Positions 1-15,794 of a stretch of 64,000 bases of DNA are shown here, in pieces. The translations under genes and the position numbers were made by a program. The DNA comes from Trichoplax sp. H2 (lineage: Eukaryota). The notes under the pieces are model-generated. The model saw nothing but the letters and a program-made list of their open reading frames with translations. It made no database searches and had not been told where the DNA came from. Positions within the stretch are counted from its first letter, which is position 1, and the number at the start of each line of letters is the position of its first letter. The stretch is from the NCBI GenBank assembly GCA_003344405.1, contig NOWV01000119.1, positions 1-64,000 of the forward strand, given 5' to 3'.

Positions 1-151
1 ATTTTATTGAGATACAAGTTACAGGCTAGCAATGATATGGTTGTTATAGATAAGGTATTTGAGATAGCAGGAATGTAGGAACTGACTAACGAGTTAGCGT
101 ACAAGGGTATTTATAGGTTTTAGATGGGATTGAGATAATGTCTTTATATGT

Positions 152-201
152 NNNNNNNNNNNNNNNNNNNNNNNNNNNNNNNNNNNNNNNNNNNNNNNNN
201 N
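152..201. other. Assembly gap (other gaps at 33255-33274, 35733-35752, 43420-43439)
   Basis: Runs of N. Confidence 1.
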
Positions 202-321
202 CTTGTGTTGCCTGGAGAGGAGGTTTAAAAGTAAAATCCAACATCCAGTTGGCGTCAGGTCTGTAGTCGAGCTTATGCAAGTGGAGTATTTCACCTTGAC
301 GTCGATACAGACGTCAGGTCT

Positions 322-1365
322 AGATACAGTACAGTAAGCGTTTGATAAAGTGAGATGTTCATACACTCATACAGTAAGCCGCGTACAGTGTACAGTCTAC
401 AACCTACAGTATAGCACGCTGCGGAATGTACTGTACACTGTAGGGTCGTGTGTTCAACTTTTGAATACTGTACTGTACAAATTGGAAGAGAACTGTGGAA
501 ACGCTTTGTACTGTACTGTACAGTACTGTATACTGTAGTATAGTCATGTGTCCATCATTAGGGACTGTCACTCTGTTTGCATTCCTCCTCATACAGTACA
601 CTGTACTGTACACTGTACTGCACAGTGTACAGTACAGTACAGCAAAGGTAGGGTGGATCGAGAGGCCGGACAATCAAGGGTGTCTTCGCTTTGGGGCTGC
701 CATGCCAGGCCAGGACGAAATAGAGTAGTACAGTACAATATACTGTACAGTACTGTAATGTAAGCGCTATTTTAAAAAATTAATTTCTCAAATTTGATTT
801 ATTTAAAATTTTTTTTTTTTATTATTATCCTGTAGAGTAAATAATCTGTACAGTACAGTATAATAGTGTAAATAAACATACAGTACAGTATCGTACAGTG
901 TACAGTACTCTAGTACTGTATCTACAGTACATTGTACAGTGTATACGAATACTGTAGTGTACACTGTACAGTACAGTACAGTACTGTACTGTACAAATTG
1001 GAAGAGAACTGTGGAAACGCTTTGTACTGTACTGTACAGTACTTTATACTGTAGTATAGTCATGTGTCCATCATTAGGGACTGTCACTCTGTTTGCATTC
1101 CTCCTCATACACTGTACACTGTACCGCACAGTGTACTGTACAGTACAGCGAAGGTAGGGTGGATCGAGAGGCCGGACAATCAAGGGTGTCTTCGCTTTGG
1201 GGCTGCCATGCCAGGCCAGGACGAAATAGAGTAGTACAGTACAATATACTGTACAGTGTACAGTACTCTAGTACTGTATCTACAGTACATTGTACAGTGT
1301 ATAATGCACAGCGTACAATGCACAGTGTACAGTGCATAGTGTACAGTGCACAGTGTACAATACTC
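322..1365. repeat. Low-complexity TACAG/CTGTA (GTAC/TGTACA palindrome-rich) tract upstream of ECD
   Basis: Dozens of interleaved tacag/ctgta units, including self-complementary TACTGTACAGTA. They generate the spurious YCTVQ-rich ORFs in all six frames and stop ~130 bp before the ECD ATG. Confidence 0.9.
466..1257 (+). repeat. ~285-bp direct duplication (466-751 and 982-1257) containing three non-repetitive cores
   Basis: Near-identical copies of aattggaagagaactgtggaaacgc, gtcatgtgtccatcattagggactgtcactctgtttgcattcctcctcatac and ggtagggtggatcgagaggccggac...ggacgaaatagag. A further ~50-bp block at 893-943 recurs at 1251-1302. Confidence 0.95.
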
Positions 1366-1496
1366 GCTATCGCCATCACTTCATGAACTGGCAATTTCTC
1401 CAGCTCAGTTGCCTCGATTATAAACAAACTACTGGCGTAGAACAAGGATAAATCAATTCCTATATCAGACCGTATAGGAAGAGAGTCCGGGTCGCC

Positions 1497-6133
<4,637 letters not shown>

Positions 6134-6928
6134 AATTATCTTTAACACGTATATGGCACACTATTGATTCGGTAGCACAATTACTCAGTTCGAAATCTAA
6201 AATAGATCATTGACGAATTACAGAGATAAATGGCTTTAGAATATAGTATTTCTGTAAACACGTACGTCCTTACTTTATTTCCTAGAACACTGTGAATGAT
6301 TCTAGGAAGGGTATAGAAACCTACTAAAAATTATGGTATGGGAGAGCGATATTTTACCAGCTGGTATGCGCAGACTTTAACAAAATATTAATGAGTTCAT
6401 GTAATAGATAAATGAATTGCTAAAAATAGTTCAGGTTTGGAAAAAAATTCTTACTCACTAATGTGGAATTAGTATCAGCATTATTGCTAGTATTATCTTA
6501 TTACTGTAAGACGAAACTCGTTAGTCGAAGAAGCAAGAAAACTTAGCCAACATGAAGATCAAGTAAAATCTACCTAACATTTACTTTATTTTTATTTACT
6601 GGCCTTTCTATAACAACTTAGCAACAAGAAATAAGTAAATATTAAGGACAACGTGAAACTATTTTCTATGTATAGTAAACAACATCTTAACATAAATTCT
6701 TTAAAGAGTCGCCAAATGCTACGAAACTACTTTAATGTGCAAACCAAATTCTACTAGCGATTCCAACAGAATGATCGTGTAGCATTTAAATTAACTATGA
6801 GTATACTTCGATGTTGGTTACCCTACACAAGTATAGTAGCACATCATAATATAAATAGACATCCAGTAAGGGTAAACATTAACAGCTTCACACTACATTG
6901 AGTACTATACTGTATTATGCAGCTACTG

Positions 6929-7384
6929 CTACCACAAAATTATAAGGATAATAGTAAACTTGCGACCGTGTAATCGAGGGTTAAGAGGATGAATTATTGC
7001 CCGATACCTCTCAATACTCAATAACGTTAGTGTTCCAACTGAAGCGGTATAACATACTAACCAGAAGTAAATGCTGAACTTACAGATAATATTCATTAAT
7101 GCAAATGGCCAACCAGCTTGTTGCTCTATAGTCATATAAATGTTGGCAATATTCAACTGAAAGGAATTCAAGATTTTAAATAATATTAAGTTACCGACGA
7201 GATAGTTTACAGCATTTTGAGTATAGCGATTTCGAATAATGTAGGCCATCACTATCGAATTAAAGATAAATCCTGCTGCATTTAATGTGATAGATATTGT
7301 TAAATAAGCCGTTTCAGACTCATTTTGTAGAGGTCTAGTTATATTAATAGGCGGATCTGTGATACTGGATGTCCAAATTTTCAT
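6929..7384 (-). pseudogene. 3'-truncated class A GPCR (TM1-TM4), duplicate of the 10792-11823 gene
   Basis: 151 aa nearly identical to the N-terminal half of the 343-aa GPCR. Identity ends abruptly at ...IILW followed by TAG. TM2 2.50 residue is changed to K. Confidence 0.85.
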
Positions 7385-8419
7385 TGTTTTCGATTGGCTC
7401 TTTCACTTAGATATTCCAAATTTTTTCCTAGATTGATTTCGATTGTAGAACTAGACAGTTAAGAATAAAATGTTAACTTTTAATTTTACTCTCTATATCG
7501 TAATCGTTATCAAATGGAATACTTTCGTTGAATACTTATTCGCTTCGTAGAGAGTCGTAGTAATAGTACGAATAAGTTTGACTAGTGTCTTATAAAAGAC
7601 GTTACACCGTTCTCTTTTGTTGACCCCGTTATTCTATAATTTGATATTTTAGGTACAATAGCTCTGATTAATACAAAAAGTTTACCAAGTAATCAATTTT
7701 ATTATTTTGAAATTTAGCTTTAAAATAAATCCAGAATGAAATAATAACTTAAAAATGTCTCATACAAGCAAGAAAGATGCTGTACTGTACCGGTAGATTT
7801 TAACTTAGCGCTTTCTATTCCGAAGCTCGACGTTATTTATATTGAGGCAAGAGATCATTAATAAAATTTACGCTATCGGCACAATCAATAGAATATATTA
7901 TAAAATCGAGAACAAATAAGAAGGAAAATCTTAAAATTAAATTATCATGCTTCCGCAGAAATATTACATTTGGAAATACTAAAGGTATTTATTTTATCCA
8001 CGATCAATTTATTGGCGATATTTTCACAATTATCAGTTATATTATCTATTTTGTGAGTATTTATAAACAATTTGTCGCTATACTGTATTTAAATTTATTG
8101 TGTAACAATGATTTGTAGTTTGCGTCGATTAATAGATTCTCGGATCGATAGTAGTAATCGTATAGTGGGAATAACGTTATTTAGAATTACAGAAGAATAT
8201 TTTAGATAATAAATATTATATTAAGTATCGTATGTGAAATTATAATAACACGTGATTTAATGTTAATAATTCTGAATCTTCTAAGATTAAAGTAGTCATG
8301 ATATGGCGGATACTGAGTAATTATGAATGGTACTTTTAATTATTTATATTTATGACAAATCTGAGCTGATTAATTTTAGATTAATCCCAATCAGTTTCTA
8401 CAATCACACATCTACAGTT
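6932..8419. repeat. Segmental duplicate of 11371-12942 (GPCR 5' half plus upstream region)
   Basis: Alignable blocks 6932-7500 vs 11371-11940 and ~7730-8419 vs ~12260-12942, e.g. gatcattaataaaatttacgc and ctacaatca..catctacagtt. Homology ends where the retroelement begins in the second copy. Confidence 0.85.
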
Positions 8420-8986
8420 CGTATGCAAGGCAGAAAGGTCTAATAAAGCTTCCTGGTTTTAATTAGGTATTGTAACTAATAATTACGAAATAGTTCATTA
8501 AATATCATATTACTACAGTATCGTATCGGCCATACTCATGATATCAAGATTTTAATTAGCTTTTTCCGTTATTTCTAATATCTTATTATAATGTTATTTG
8601 AATCATATATGTTACTATCACAAATTTTCTTCTTTGTGAATGGTTTACTCCTCTAGTAACTAATATCCTAATGCGCTCCGGGTACGTATAATTAATAAAT
8701 TACTCGAAAAGTCTTCAGTTAAAAATTTTATTATCTCGCTCGACAAGCCTTTATGACTACTGAATTTCGGAACAACTAGTCGTTGTGAGCTCGCTCCTTT
8801 TATATTCTATATTAGTTTATAATTTTAATAGTGATGGCTATCTAGATCTAACAAGCATTGACTACGGTCAACAATTATAAAGGAATAACTTAAGAAAATT
8901 TCAATAATGTAAACTACCTAAAAGATCTTTCATCTTGTCAATATTCTGATAAGAGCAATTTAATAATTAATTAAATGGATAAAAGA

Positions 8987-9391
8987 TGTTACCGCTTGGT
9001 GTATTTTGACAAGACGGTGCTGGAATAGCTCACGAGGTACTCCGACTATCAGGTAGCTGGGATACTTGATCTAGTAACTCATAACAAACTAAGCAACCTT
9101 CGGTTAACTGATAATCTAGTTCTCTACTTATTACACTGCACCTAACTAAGAGCTACGAATAAGGCAATACGCGTAGATCCTAAGTTATTGCCTAAAGATG
9201 CAGGACTTACAATCTTCGAAGAGAAGCTCAAATTTAATAATGTGAACGCTCGTCTACGAGCACTGAGAAAACAACTGAGTACCGAGTCCTTGAATATTAT
9301 ATTATTTAAATATTAGTATTTGTAATGATACGTACGTACCGACAAGACTTGATGCATCCTTTCAGTTTAATTTACATTCTAAACCGTAACA
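8987..9391. mobile_element. Possible solo LTR (TGTTAC...GTAACA)
   Basis: 405 bp, more GC-rich than its flanks, with 6-bp inverted termini. No clear TSD and no second copy in the window. Confidence 0.3.
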
Positions 9392-10791
9392 CGATTGCAG
9401 AACTCAGATTACAACAAAGGATACACCTTACTCGAGCTAATTACTTTGATTTTCTAGTTAATATTCTGTATGTTCTAGTGAAAACAGTAGAAACTTATAT
9501 TGAAATATTCCGGTTGAATTCGAAGTTAACAGTACGCAAGTTAATCAAAATAAGAAGAGAAAAGCATGCATTTCGAACATTATATTGTATCAAAAAGCAA
9601 ACTTTAAAGCTAAATGATTGCTGTACTGCTGCAGTTTATTAATAATGTTTATCATACGTATTTTTTATAACCGCTTTTTCGTTGCTCCTATTATAAATTA
9701 TAGCGTGCCATTTATTTCATATTTCTATATGCCCATTATCTTCTATTAGTTATCGAAGTTACTTTGAGTTAGATGATGTCGTAGTACAGTACCGAAAAAT
9801 ATATGCGTAGTAAGAATAATGGACGATTGCAAATTCTAATAAAACAACTAATTCACTACTGAATCATTGCCTCAACGAGGCTCATAAAGAAGTGTTTACT
9901 AGAGCTTTCGTGTCATTACTAGTAAGATAGCTAATGATATTTGAAAAGGGTTCGAAAGATACAGTGTAAACAATTTTTAGGCAATAGTTTAAGTATTTAT
10001 CTATCCCAAACTTTTATACCTATTATTTATAAATCTCAGCGGAGCTATTTAATTGTATTAAAAACAATAATAAGACAGCCAGAAATTACTTGTAATACTT
10101 TTCTAGTTGTTATATGAATAAGTTAACAAATGATTTAGAAGCTTCAGAAATAAAAATGATAAATCTACCGTCATTTCGAACCTCATACTCAAAAAATTTG
10201 TGGGCAACTGACGAAATTTAGCTATCGTACCTTGCTGCGATAGAAATTATTGCTACTGCCTGATGTTACGTTTAATATTATAGCTAGATCGAGCTAAATA
10301 ATATTACCTTAAATTATAGTACATAGCCCGGATGTTAATATCTGTAACAATAAGATTTAAGGCTAGAGAAAAAATAATATAACTTAGTATTGTAATAAGT
10401 CACTAACGTTAATCTGATTGCTAAGAAACACTAGGATACTTGCGCTTTTATTTAGACTTAACAAATTAATACTATATCTTGAAGTGTTCTAAACTGTCTA
10501 GTAACGTTAAATATTACCATTACTTTAGTATGCATAGTGATGGGCTCCATAAGAATTAAATATACGACTGCTAATAGAACTTTTCTATCCCTACAATTAA
10601 CAGCAATCAACAATCTGTAGTTTAATATAGTCTGTGCATTGAGATTAAAGTTAACTATATCTAAATTATACTCTGTAAGGCAAAGATAAACGTAGCGTTA
10701 TTTTCTCTTATATACGGTATTCGCGCATGCGAGACAGAATTATTGCCTTCGAGATAACTTAAATCCGTCAATCAAATAAGGAAGATATCTT

Positions 10792-11823
10792 TTAAGCTGT
10801 GGAGTTATTGCGGATGAACGCCATTTTGACTGGTAGCTTTATTCGAGTACGACTAGTAGATTTACTACTCTCGTCGTTACTGACACTGATATGGCGATTG
10901 CTTAGAATATAAAATATTGGATCATAGAAAAGTGATAATAAAAATAAGAGCGGAAATAATTGAAGTAGAGTATGCGACGAGTCGCCGTTGTCTGGATCTT
11001 GTCGAGAGCCATTTGATGAATTATCAATAAATAAAGCTGCATTGAAGCCAAAGATCCAAGGTAAAGCACTTATAATAAAGCACACGGTTAAAATTATTGA
11101 CATTTTAACGACGCGCTTTTTTCGACGTTCGCCAGCTGATAACTTCTTATTTCGTAAAGCCTGGACTGATGTCTTTCTTAACTTGATAATAGCTTTTGTA
11201 TAACAATATATCATAACACAAACAGGAAGAATATAATCGATAAAGTTCAAAAATATTGTATGCACTAAATGGAATATAGACTGACTAATATTAACAATAC
11301 AGTCGTATTTGAGAATTTCATTGGCTGCTACACTATATAGAACCGGTAAAGAAATTATTATCGCGAATAGCCACAAAATTACAAGGATAATAATAAGCTT
11401 GCGACCGTGTAATCGAGGGTTAAGAGGATGAATTATTGCTCGATACCTCTCAATACTCAATAACGTTAGTGTTCCAACTGAAGCGGTATAACATACTAAC
11501 CAGAAGTAAATGCTGAACTTACAGATAATATTCATTAATGCAAATGACCAACCAGCTTGTTGCACTATAGCCACATAAATGTTACCACAACTCCACTGGA
11601 AGGAATTCAAGATATTGGATAATATTAAGTTACCGACGAGATAGTTTACAGCATTTTGAGTATAGCGATTTCGAATAATGTAGGCCATCACTATCGAATT
11701 AAAGATAAATCCTGCTGCATTTAATGTGGTAGATATTGTTAAATAAACCGTTTCAATATTATTTTGTAGAGGTCTAGTTATATTAATAGGCGGATCTGTG
11801 ATATTGGATGTCCAAATTTCCAT
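10792..11823 (-). CDS. Intronless rhodopsin-family (class A) orphan GPCR, 343 aa
   Basis: Seven hydrophobic segments, N-terminal NxT sites, TM3 Cys with SIERY, ECL2 YDC, TM5 ILP...CY, TM6 ALPW, TM7 YDPIFY. Confidence 0.93.
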   Translation of the reverse strand: MEIWTSNITDPPINITRPLQNNIETVYLTISTTLNAAGFIFNSIVMAYIIRNRYTQNAVNYLVGNLILSNILNSFQWSCGNIYVAIVQQAGWSFALMNIICKFSIYFWLVCYTASVGTLTLLSIERYRAIIHPLNPRLHGRKLIIILVILWLFAIIISLPVLYSVAANEILKYDCIVNISQSIFHLVHTIFLNFIDYILPVCVMIYCYTKAIIKLRKTSVQALRNKKLSAGERRKKRVVKMSIILTVCFIISALPWIFGFNAALFIDNSSNGSRQDPDNGDSSHTLLQLFPLLFLLSLFYDPIFYILSNRHISVSNDESSKSTSRTRIKLPVKMAFIRNNSTA

Positions 11824-12942
11824 CGTTTTCGATTGGTTCTTTGACTTGGATATTCTGAATTTTTCCTAGATTGATTTCGGTTATAGATCTAAGCAATTAA
11901 AAAATAAAATGTAAATTTTATTCCTACACTGTATATCTCAATCATCATTAACTGATATTCTTTTGTTAAATGAGTACTCCTATTGCTTACTTACTGCCCG
12001 CTTGAGTATATTTTTATATATCTACTAATGGAAACTAATTACCTTAATGATCTGTGATTGGTAAATTTTCTTTATGTACCTAAAGTCATAGTGTGAAAGT
12101 ACAAATATATCAGATTGGTACCTTGGGCAGTGCAATAGTAACTGCACTAAAATTATTCCATATTACTGTGTTACACTCTGACTTGATACTTTAGGCAACG
12201 GATTATTAGGAAATGTTTAATAAGTGGCCAGTTATGGTATCTTGATACTTATCTTTAAAGTAAAACTAGAATTAAATAACAACTTAAAAATGCCTTACGC
12301 AAGCAATGAAGATAATGTATTGTGCTGGCAGATTTTCAACTAAACGTGCATTGTTCTTATGATCGACGTTATTTATGTAAAAGCAAGGGATCATTAATAA
12401 AATTTACGCAACCAGTATAATCTAAAGAATTGATCATAAAATTGAGAACAAATAAGAAAGAAAATCTTAAAATTTAATTATGCTTGCGAAGAAATATTAT
12501 ATTAAAAAAATGCTAAAGATATTTATTTTGCTTGCCATCAATTTACTAACGTCAATGTCACAGATGTTAATTAATTATCTGTTTTGTGTGTGTATATATG
12601 CAATATTTATTACTATAGTACTAAAATTTAGTGAGTTGCAATAATTTGTAATTGGTGTTAGTTAATGATTTCTTGTAACCATAGCAGCAACCGTCTAGTG
12701 AGAAGAATGATATTGGGAATAGCAAAAGAATATTTCAGATAGTAAAAATTATATTAAGTATAGTATGTACAATTGTAGTAAGATGTGATTTAATGCTATT
12801 AATGCTGAAAATTCTAAGATTAAAGGAGCCGTAATATGGTGGATACTGAGTCATTATGAAGTGAAGTTTTAATTATTTATATTTGCGACAAATCTGAATC
12901 GATCAATTTCCTATCAATTTCTACAATCATACATCTACAGTT

Positions 12943-13728
12943 TCCAATCCATTTGTTAGAGAAATCAAAATCGAACAAATGGTAGCTAAAGTGCTCATTG
13001 ATACAGGTTCAGATTTGACGCTGGTCCAAAGCAAGTACTTAATGGAAGATGATATAAACTACGAGGATCAAGTATGCGCGACTGGATTCATGCAAAATCC
13101 TATAATAGTGCCTACTACCAACATCAGCATTAAAATTGGTAGGAAGAAAAAAATTAGCCTTGCCGCTGTTGTGGATGCACTACCGTATGATGCTATTTTG
13201 GGACGAAACGCTATTGAAGAATTCAATTTACTAACAATTAATAACCTGGACCTGGAAACTGTGGTCAGTGAGGAGCCGGATAATTTAGAAGCTACTGCTA
13301 TAAAGGCCATAAGAGAACCAGAAAAGGATATCTTTTCTAACGAGGAATCTGTCGTGGAACAAAAACGACAAAAACCGGAAGAAATCGCCAAAGATTAACG
13401 GTATGTGAAAGAAGGTATAACTTTCAACTCTGAAACGGGTAAACAATTTCACCGCAGCAACAGCTCGTTGGCAACTCCGGAAGCGAAGTTCCCAGTTGAA
13501 AATCAATTGGTACTGCCGAGAATATATAAACAGAAAATGTCAATAGTCGGAGCACCATTCGAAAGAGGCAAAGGACAGCCATGTGGATAATTTCCTCTTA
13601 ATATAGTCAATTGTAAATATTTGTATGAATATAGAAAAATAACAAATTTTAAAATTACTTCCTTACGAGGTAATTAAAATGTTATGATTAAAATTTATAA
13701 CCCTGAGCTAAATTTTAGGCGAGGGGAG
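12943..13728 (+). mobile_element. Internally deleted Ty3/Gypsy LTR-retrotransposon internal region (aspartic protease plus pol remnants and PPT)
   Basis: ORF 12979-13398 has retropepsin motifs LIDTGSD and DAILGRN. Downstream remnants QLVLPRIYKQK and IVGAPFER are integrase-like. Polypurine tract aggcgaggggag (13717-13728) abuts a TG-starting LTR. Confidence 0.85.
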
Positions 13729-14170
13729 TGTCACGGTACGAACTACCGAGAAGAAATAGCTATCTAAATTTGGTGAATATAATATAGTGATAATATATTA
13801 CAACTAGTTACTTACAATAGGAATTACTCTAATTGTAAATGTGTTACAGTAAATTTAATGCTGTGCTGTAATGTGTACGGAAATGATTCTGTGAATGGAC
13901 ATGTTGTAGTCCGACTGTGAAAAATTAGTTAGTAGACGTTCTCACCTAAGTATTTTTATAAGATGACTCATGAATGTTAGCTGCTGTAGAACGGTATATA
14001 AGCCCGTCAGATAGTTGAATAAAGAAAGAAGTTCTCAATTGTCTAGTTGAGTTTAACGTAGAATCAAAGGCGTCTAAATTCTTGTGAGTAGGGATACTGA
14101 ATCTGCAAATTTTTTTGGAGATTTAGAGATTTATTTTACGTTATCCTTGTCAGGAAGCTGGTTTGTGACA
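13729..14170 (+). mobile_element. 3' LTR (442 bp) of the Gypsy remnant
   Basis: TGTCAC...GTGACA inverted termini immediately after the PPT. Internal TATA (ggtatataagccc, ~13993) and AATAAA (~14018). Confidence 0.85.
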
Positions 14171-14759
14171 GCAGCAAGCGAGCGTATTTTATATCTAAAG
14201 TTTACCTTGTAAGTACCCACATCTCCTCAATATTAGATACCGAGTAAGTAAACATGATATCATTTACTTAGGTTCATATCTATTCAATTTAGAACTATTG
14301 CCCATCATTCTCATCCTATAACCTGAAAAAACGCCGCTAAAATTATTGTATGCCTTTAGATTCAAATTTAATTATACATATTAATTTCTGTTAGCAATAT
14401 TCTATTACCATAAAATTTTGTTTCATTCTACCTTTGTATTTCAATTATTAGCTTACAATGATCAATATCTTTATTTTAACCCTCTGAATAAACACTTTAA
14501 TATTAATGGTATATTTGATGAGATTACTTAATTATTCCTCTCTATTAAGAAACTTTTAATATCATTTATTGTAACTATTAGTAATTAATTTTCAACCCTA
14601 TAAATTAACTTAAAATAAGAATGAAATTTTTTGGGCTTTTAGACAATTATTAAATTTTTTACTCGTATATTAATACATACATTAATTTCATTATAGATAG
14701 AGCCTCGCAAGCTATTGACAGCATAAACTTATTTTGCAAATATATTTTTTCGGTTTACG

Positions 14760-15794
14760 AATTGCAAAATTAATGGCGAATAGTGCGAACAAGAGTTTTT
14801 CTTCTGGATAAAAAATGTCGACGACAACTGCGACAGAAAAGTGGGTTAGATATCATGTAGAATAACGGATTGTAATATAACGACATCGAAAATAGGAGAG
14901 GACATATTTTAGGCAGATGATTTTAAAGCCACTGTTGCTGATACTTATGAAGACTTGAACGATTTTAATAACTGGAGAATAAAATTAATGTTATTAAACA
15001 AATCCAAGGCAATGCTGTCGCTAGAAAACATACAGTCAAACCAATCAACATTCTAATAACCTGCTTTCTATGGAAATCTTGAATAGAAATTGTAGTTCTA
15101 TCTCTTAGCGCTGCTATCGAGATCCTTCTCATCTTGAAGATGACATTGCCATAACAATGAACCATAATGAATAGTGGAATGAAATAATCAATTGCATCTA
15201 AAAAGATAATATAGCCTGTAAAATATCGCTTTCTATAGGATATTGCAATACTGCCATCATAACTTCTATAACTTAGCCCGTTTGCGACAAATATAATCGG
15301 TAGTGAAACTGAAACAGAAAGCATCCAAGTAATTAAAACAACGATGCGAATATTTCGCGTTAATACACGAGATTTAGTTGGATGAATGATAGTTCGATAT
15401 CTTTCAATGCTGAGTACTGTTAGTGTTGCTACTGATGCCGTATAACACGTAAACCAAAGGCATAAGGCTAACTTACAATTAATATTAATGAATTTAGTAG
15501 GTAAGTGTAAGAATTTTGCCCTATCAATGTTAATAACAACAACCAGTCACAGTATTGAACCCAAATATTGGATAGAATCAAGTTAAACACAAGATAATGA
15601 GTCACATTTTGTAATTGATGATTCTGGATAATCATAGATATAGCTAATAAGTTTATAGCAAATCCAAAGCGTACTCTTTACAAACATCAATGATCATCAT
15701 TGATGTTTGTAAAGAGTACGCTATAAGAGCCACTGCTAAGATTTGAAACATTGCCGGTTATATTGCTCTTTACATTTAACATTGACAATTCCAT
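14760..15794 (-). pseudogene. Decayed class A GPCR pseudogene (3' end approximate)
   Basis: Putative ATG at 15794 (MELSMLNVKSNITGNVSN). Remnants: FGFAINLL, THYLVFNLILSN, CKLALCLWFTCYTASVATLTVLSIERYRTIIHP, DYFIPL, ALPW, YNPLFY. In-frame stops in TM1 and after TM6, and the ECL2 YDC is changed to YDG. Confidence 0.88.
15668..15722. repeat. Perfect 27-bp inverted repeat with 1-nt spacer
   Basis: agcgtactctttacaaacatcaatgat-c-atcattgatgtttgtaaagagtacgct. Confidence 0.97.

Noticed and set aside
541..597. snoRNA, telomerase RNA or U6-like signal on the minus strand (ATGAGGA, CCCTAA, ACAGAG, ACA-nnn)
   Set aside because: Only isolated short motifs: no canonical CUGA box, no full template and no H box.
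647..725. Hammerhead- or HDV-like ribozyme (GGACGAAA; ggcctggcatgg on the minus strand)
   Set aside because: No CUGANGA core and no compatible stems. The HDV pseudoknot pairings could not be built.
466..1257. CRISPR-like repeat-spacer array
   Set aside because: Eukaryotic context, irregular repeats, duplicated rather than unique spacers, and no cas genes.
94..1445. Many overlapping ORFs rich in Y/C/T/V/Q/S
   Set aside because: They are translations of the TACAG/CTGTA low-complexity tract and its duplication, with no domain signal.
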